A stretch of DNA of 61,333 nt, taken from positions 1-61,333 of the forward strand of contig JAAZOT010000059.1 of assembly GCA_012797605.1 (NCBI GenBank), given 5' to 3'. The notes below the pieces were generated by a model. It was not told where the DNA came from. It saw only the letters and a program-made list of their open reading frames with translations, and made no database searches. How positions within the stretch are numbered: the first letter of the stretch is position 1; every line of letters begins with the position of its first letter. Positions 57,635 to 61,333 of the stretch are shown one piece after another. The translations under genes and the position numbers were made by a program. This stretch comes from Spirochaetales bacterium (GTDB lineage: Bacteria; Spirochaetota; JAAYUW01).

Positions 57635-58669
57635 ATGAGGAAAATAGCTATTTTGGGATCTGGAAGCTACTTTCCGGGAGAGCCAATTGAGAATGATGAA
57701 TTGATGGAATTAACAAAGATATCATTCGACAAGGAAAAAATAGAAAATGTAATTGGTATTAAGAAACGACATATTGCAAAACTTCGAAATATAGATGAGA
57801 CCACAGCTGATTTTGCAGAAAAGGCAAGCTTAAATGCAATAAAATCAGCAAAAATAAACACAGAGGAAATCGATCTAATTATTGTAGCGACAGATACTCC
57901 AGAATATATAAGTCCAGCAACATCAATTTTGGTTCAAGGAAGATTGCAAGGTTATCAAAGTAACACGATAGTTTTTGATGTAGCTGCATCTTGTGCTAGT
58001 TTTGTTACAGCATTTGATACAGCAGTAAGAATGATGAAAAGCAACCAAAGTATTAGAAAAGCTCTTGTTGTTGGTGTTTATAATATGACAAGATATGTAA
58101 GAGATGAAGATGCTTTTGGTTGGTCTATTTTCGCAGATGGAGCTGGCGCAATAGTAATAGGAGATTCCAATAATATTAATATTGATAGTAAAGAAGATTT
58201 ACCTTTTTCTGATTATATCGATAGTGAATTTATATCTGATGGTACTCAATGGAATTTTATTGGAGTCTATGCAGGTGGTACAAGAAAGATAATAACTAAA
58301 GAAATTTTAGATTCAAAAAACTATGGTCTTGAATTAATTCAAAGACTTCCGCCTGATAGGAATATAAAACTTTGGCCTTCTTTAGTTGAATCCTTATGCA
58401 AAAAATCCAATGTAAAACTTGATGAGGTGGATTATTTTATTTTTACTCAGATTAATAAAAGTGTAATTATAGAAGTAATGAAAATATTAAATCAACCTAT
58501 TGAAAAAGCTATTATGGTTATGGATAAATATGGTTATACTGGTTCAGCTTGTGTTCCTACAGCATTTGATGAAGCCATTAAAGAAAGAAAGATAAAAAGA
58601 GGTGACAAGATATTATTTTGTGCAAGTGGAGCAGGTCTTGCTGTCGGAGCAAATATATTTATCTATTAA
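57635..58669 (+). CDS. KAS III/FabH-like protein with Cys-Thr-Tyr site
   Basis: GSGSYFP, IIVATDTPEYISPATS, FDVAASCASF, FADGAGA, FIFTQIN, YGYTGSACVP, ASGAGL. Confidence 0.85.
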   Translation: MRKIAILGSGSYFPGEPIENDELMELTKISFDKEKIENVIGIKKRHIAKLRNIDETTADFAEKASLNAIKSAKINTEEIDLIIVATDTPEYISPATSILVQGRLQGYQSNTIVFDVAASCASFVTAFDTAVRMMKSNQSIRKALVVGVYNMTRYVRDEDAFGWSIFADGAGAIVIGDSNNINIDSKEDLPFSDYIDSEFISDGTQWNFIGVYAGGTRKIITKEILDSKNYGLELIQRLPPDRNIKLWPSLVESLCKKSNVKLDEVDYFIFTQINKSVIIEVMKILNQPIEKAIMVMDKYGYTGSACVPTAFDEAIKERKIKRGDKILFCASGAGLAVGANIFIY

Positions 58670-58699
58670 TAAATTTAATCATATAATATTGGAGGAACT

Positions 58700-60010
58700 A
58701 TGAATAGGTTTAAGGAGATTTATAATTCAAAATTAAGAACTATAGAAGAAGCAATTCAATGTATTAAAAGCAATTTTGATATTGTGGTTGCTCAATGCGC
58801 TAGTGAACCTCAAGGAACAATGTCGAAACTTCATTTAATAGCTGATAAAGTAGAAAATGTAAGAGTCTTTTCTGTTTTGACTTTAAAGCCTTATGAATTT
58901 TATATGAATCCAGAAATGAAAGGCCATTTTGAGCCTGCAAGTTGGTTTCACGCTCCAGGTTCTCGTGAGGCCTTGAAAAAAGGGATTGGTACAGTAACCT
59001 ACGTCCCAAATATGCTTCATAGAGCAGCAACCGATAGGATTCATGCTCATGCCCCGGAGGTTTTTATCGGAACTTGTACCCCTATGGATAAAAATGGTTT
59101 TGTAAGTTTATCTTTAGGAATAACTTATGAAAAAGATATACTTGAGCATGCTAAATTTGTCATTTTAGAAGTAAATCCTAGACTACCAAGGACATTTGGA
59201 GATACTCATGTTCATGTAAGTCAAGTTACATACTTTGTAGAACATGATCAGGAAGTACCAACTTTACCTGCCCCACAACCTAATGAAACAGATTTAATGA
59301 TTGGTAAATACATTTCTGACCTTGTAGAAGATGGTTCTACAATTCAACTTGGTATAGGCGGGATACCAAATGCAGCGGCTCTTGCATTAAGAGAAAAAAA
59401 GGACCTGGGAGTTCACACTGAAATGATGGTGGATTCAATGATGGAACTTTATGAATTAGGAGTTATTAATAATTCAAAAAAAACCTTGAAAAAAGGAAAA
59501 TTTATATGTACATTTGCAATGGGAAGTAGAAAATTGTACGATTGGCTAGATGAAAATGTTGCAGTTGACTTCGAAAGAGGTTGTTGGGTCAACAATCCTT
59601 ATATAGTTTCTCAAAATAGCAAAATGGTATCGATAAATACCTGCTTAATGGTAGATTTCACTGGGCAGGTTGCAAGTGAATCAATTGGAATCAACCAATA
59701 CTCTGGAACAGGCGGTCAATCGGATACAGCTCAGGGAGCAGTTGCAGGTTTTGATGGGCTTGGGAAATCTATTATCGCATGTTATTCAACTGCTAAAGAT
59801 GGGTTAGTAAGTACAATAGTTCCAACTTTACCAGAAGGAACAGCTGTAACCTTACATAGATCATTCGTTGACTATATTGTTACTGAAAATGGTATAGCAA
59901 AACTTAGAGGGAAAACAGTTAAGGAAAGAACTTTAGAATTAATAAATGTTGCTTCTCCTAATTTTAGAGAAGAACTTTTAGAAAAGGCAAAAAAAATGGG
60001 ATACATTTAA
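58700..60010 (+). CDS. Family I CoA-transferase / acetyl-CoA hydrolase (4-hydroxybutyrate CoA-transferase-like)
   Basis: EVNPRLPRTFGD, DGSTIQLGIGGIPNA, LGVHTEM (catalytic Glu), GQVASESIG, SGTGGQ.D, DYIVTENGIAKLRGK. Confidence 0.92.
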   Translation: MNRFKEIYNSKLRTIEEAIQCIKSNFDIVVAQCASEPQGTMSKLHLIADKVENVRVFSVLTLKPYEFYMNPEMKGHFEPASWFHAPGSREALKKGIGTVTYVPNMLHRAATDRIHAHAPEVFIGTCTPMDKNGFVSLSLGITYEKDILEHAKFVILEVNPRLPRTFGDTHVHVSQVTYFVEHDQEVPTLPAPQPNETDLMIGKYISDLVEDGSTIQLGIGGIPNAAALALREKKDLGVHTEMMVDSMMELYELGVINNSKKTLKKGKFICTFAMGSRKLYDWLDENVAVDFERGCWVNNPYIVSQNSKMVSINTCLMVDFTGQVASESIGINQYSGTGGQSDTAQGAVAGFDGLGKSIIACYSTAKDGLVSTIVPTLPEGTAVTLHRSFVDYIVTENGIAKLRGKTVKERTLELINVASPNFREELLEKAKKMGYI

Positions 60011-60063
60011 TCTATTTACAATTTTTTAACTCAATTATATAATACTATTAGTAGGAGGTAGAA

Positions 60064-61317
60064 ATGTCACAGATTTTCATCATTGGTGCCTATAACACTA
60101 AATTTGGTAATTTTGTTCAGAAAAACAAAGAAACTGGCGAAATTACAGATACTAAATCAATTTATGATCTTATGATTGAAGCAGGTAAAGGCGCAATACA
60201 AGATGCAGGCATTACTGCAGACGAAATCGATGCTGTGTGGGTTGGTTCATGTGCTCCAGGAATGTTTGCTAACCAAGAACATCTAGCTGCAACTGCTATT
60301 GAAATTGCCCCAGAATCTTTTAGATTTAAACCAATGACAAGGTGTGAGGATGCTTGTGCGTCTGGATCTGTTGCAATTTATGATGCTATTTATGCCATTG
60401 AATCTGGAAGAATTAATACTGCTTTAGTAGTAGGCGTTGAAAAGATGAATCTTTTAGATACTAAAGGGGTAACACATGCTCTTGCAACATGTTCGTATTG
60501 GCCAGAAGAAGGTGGCAAAGGGATGACTTTCCCTAGCTTATTTGCTGAGTATGCTAAAGGGTATAAAAAGCAGTATAATATCGATGATGCTACCTTTTCC
60601 AAAATGCTTGCTTCTGTTGCTGCTTTATGTTATAGGAATGGACTAGAAAATCCATTGGCTCATTTTGGTAAGGGAGGTCCATCAGATAAACTTGGACTTA
60701 CAACAGTAGAAGCCATACTTAACCTTCCACCAGAAAAAAATCCTATGATAGCGGAACCTCTCAAACTCCATGATTGTTCATTAATTACCGATGGTGCAGC
60801 AGCAATTGTCATAACAAGAGATGATATTGCTATGTTGAAAAAAGAAAAAGCAGTTAAAATTGCAGGTATTGGACATGTTGTTGAAAGAATGGCAATTTCA
60901 GTTAGACCACAGATGTATAGATTAGATGCAGCTAAGCTTGCTGTTAAAAAAGCTTTAGATGAAGCAAAAATCTCTTCAAAAGATATCAATATCGCCGAAG
61001 TTCATGACTGCTTTACAATAAACCAACTTCTCTGTACAGAAGCTCTTGGATTTTCCGAAGATGGTAAAGCAGGTTATGATTACTTAAATGGAAGATTCGG
61101 ACCAGATGATTCTATTTCTATAAACCTTTCTGGTGGTTTAAAAGCAAAAGGACATCCAGTCGGTGCAACAGGAGTCTCAATGCACGCTCTATTATATAAG
61201 CAATTGATTGGGCAACCAATTGGTATTACTCAGAAGAAAAAGCCATCTATTGCTGCAACATTAAATGTTGGAGGAAGCGCAGTTACAAATTGTGTAAGTA
61301 TTTTGATTAAAGAATAA
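60064..61317 (+). CDS. SCP2-type thiolase (acetyl-CoA acyltransferase)
   Basis: RCEDACASGS (nucleophile Cys), VGVEKM, DCSLITDGAAA, EVHDCF, SGGLKAKGHPVGATG, NVGG. Confidence 0.9.
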   Translation: MSQIFIIGAYNTKFGNFVQKNKETGEITDTKSIYDLMIEAGKGAIQDAGITADEIDAVWVGSCAPGMFANQEHLAATAIEIAPESFRFKPMTRCEDACASGSVAIYDAIYAIESGRINTALVVGVEKMNLLDTKGVTHALATCSYWPEEGGKGMTFPSLFAEYAKGYKKQYNIDDATFSKMLASVAALCYRNGLENPLAHFGKGGPSDKLGLTTVEAILNLPPEKNPMIAEPLKLHDCSLITDGAAAIVITRDDIAMLKKEKAVKIAGIGHVVERMAISVRPQMYRLDAAKLAVKKALDEAKISSKDINIAEVHDCFTINQLLCTEALGFSEDGKAGYDYLNGRFGPDDSISINLSGGLKAKGHPVGATGVSMHALLYKQLIGQPIGITQKKKPSIAATLNVGGSAVTNCVSILIKE

Positions 61318-61333
61318 TAAGAATCCCCCGAAA

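Noticed and set aside
245-60989. Many short ORFs antisense to or overlapping real genes (e.g. 6231-6572, 8958-9329, 24396-24833, 26552-26971, 34962-35396, 60660-60989)
   Set aside because: They are shadows of well-supported genes on the other strand or frame, with no recognisable motifs.
1-61333. CRISPR arrays, IS elements, integrases, prophage or defence genes
   Set aside because: I saw no repeat-spacer array and no such protein motifs. The 44983-45044 repeat has 5-6 nt gaps, far too short for spacers.
61321-61333. GAATCCCCCGAAA as the start of a terminator after the thiolase
   Set aside because: Cut off by the window edge, so the second arm cannot be seen.

Overview
A very AT-rich bacterial chromosomal window using the standard code. 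Orphan flgB/cheY, a Maf-like gene, a Bat operon and a non-lipidated periplasmic binding protein fit a flagellated diderm, possibly a spirochaete, but this is only a guess. Most of the window is housekeeping: the 3' part of an EF-G-family gene, a 6S RNA missed by the ORF track, a DHH phosphoesterase, a GH42 beta-galactosidase, gdhA, cheY, prfB, tRNA-Leu(CAG), a moxR-DUF58-batA-E operon running into a two-component system, mreBCD-mrdA-rodA-radical SAM-trmH, flgB, pyrG, tRNA-Gln(TTG), yebC-ruvCAB and prsW. I saw no CRISPR array, transposase, integrase or prophage gene. The best candidate for an undescribed system is the divergent locus at 49.4-61.3 kb. It encodes two KAS III/FabH-fold enzymes with non-canonical active sites (Cys-His-His and Cys-Thr-Tyr). 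It also encodes a LIV-type ABC importer whose LivM permease is fused in frame to a Ser-Asp-His alpha/beta hydrolase, with a Shine-Dalgarno + ATG at the junction. The remaining genes are a family I CoA-transferase, an SCP2-type thiolase and a double-TetR regulator, with two related palindromes in the divergent spacer. All family assignments come from motif recognition by eye; no searches were run.
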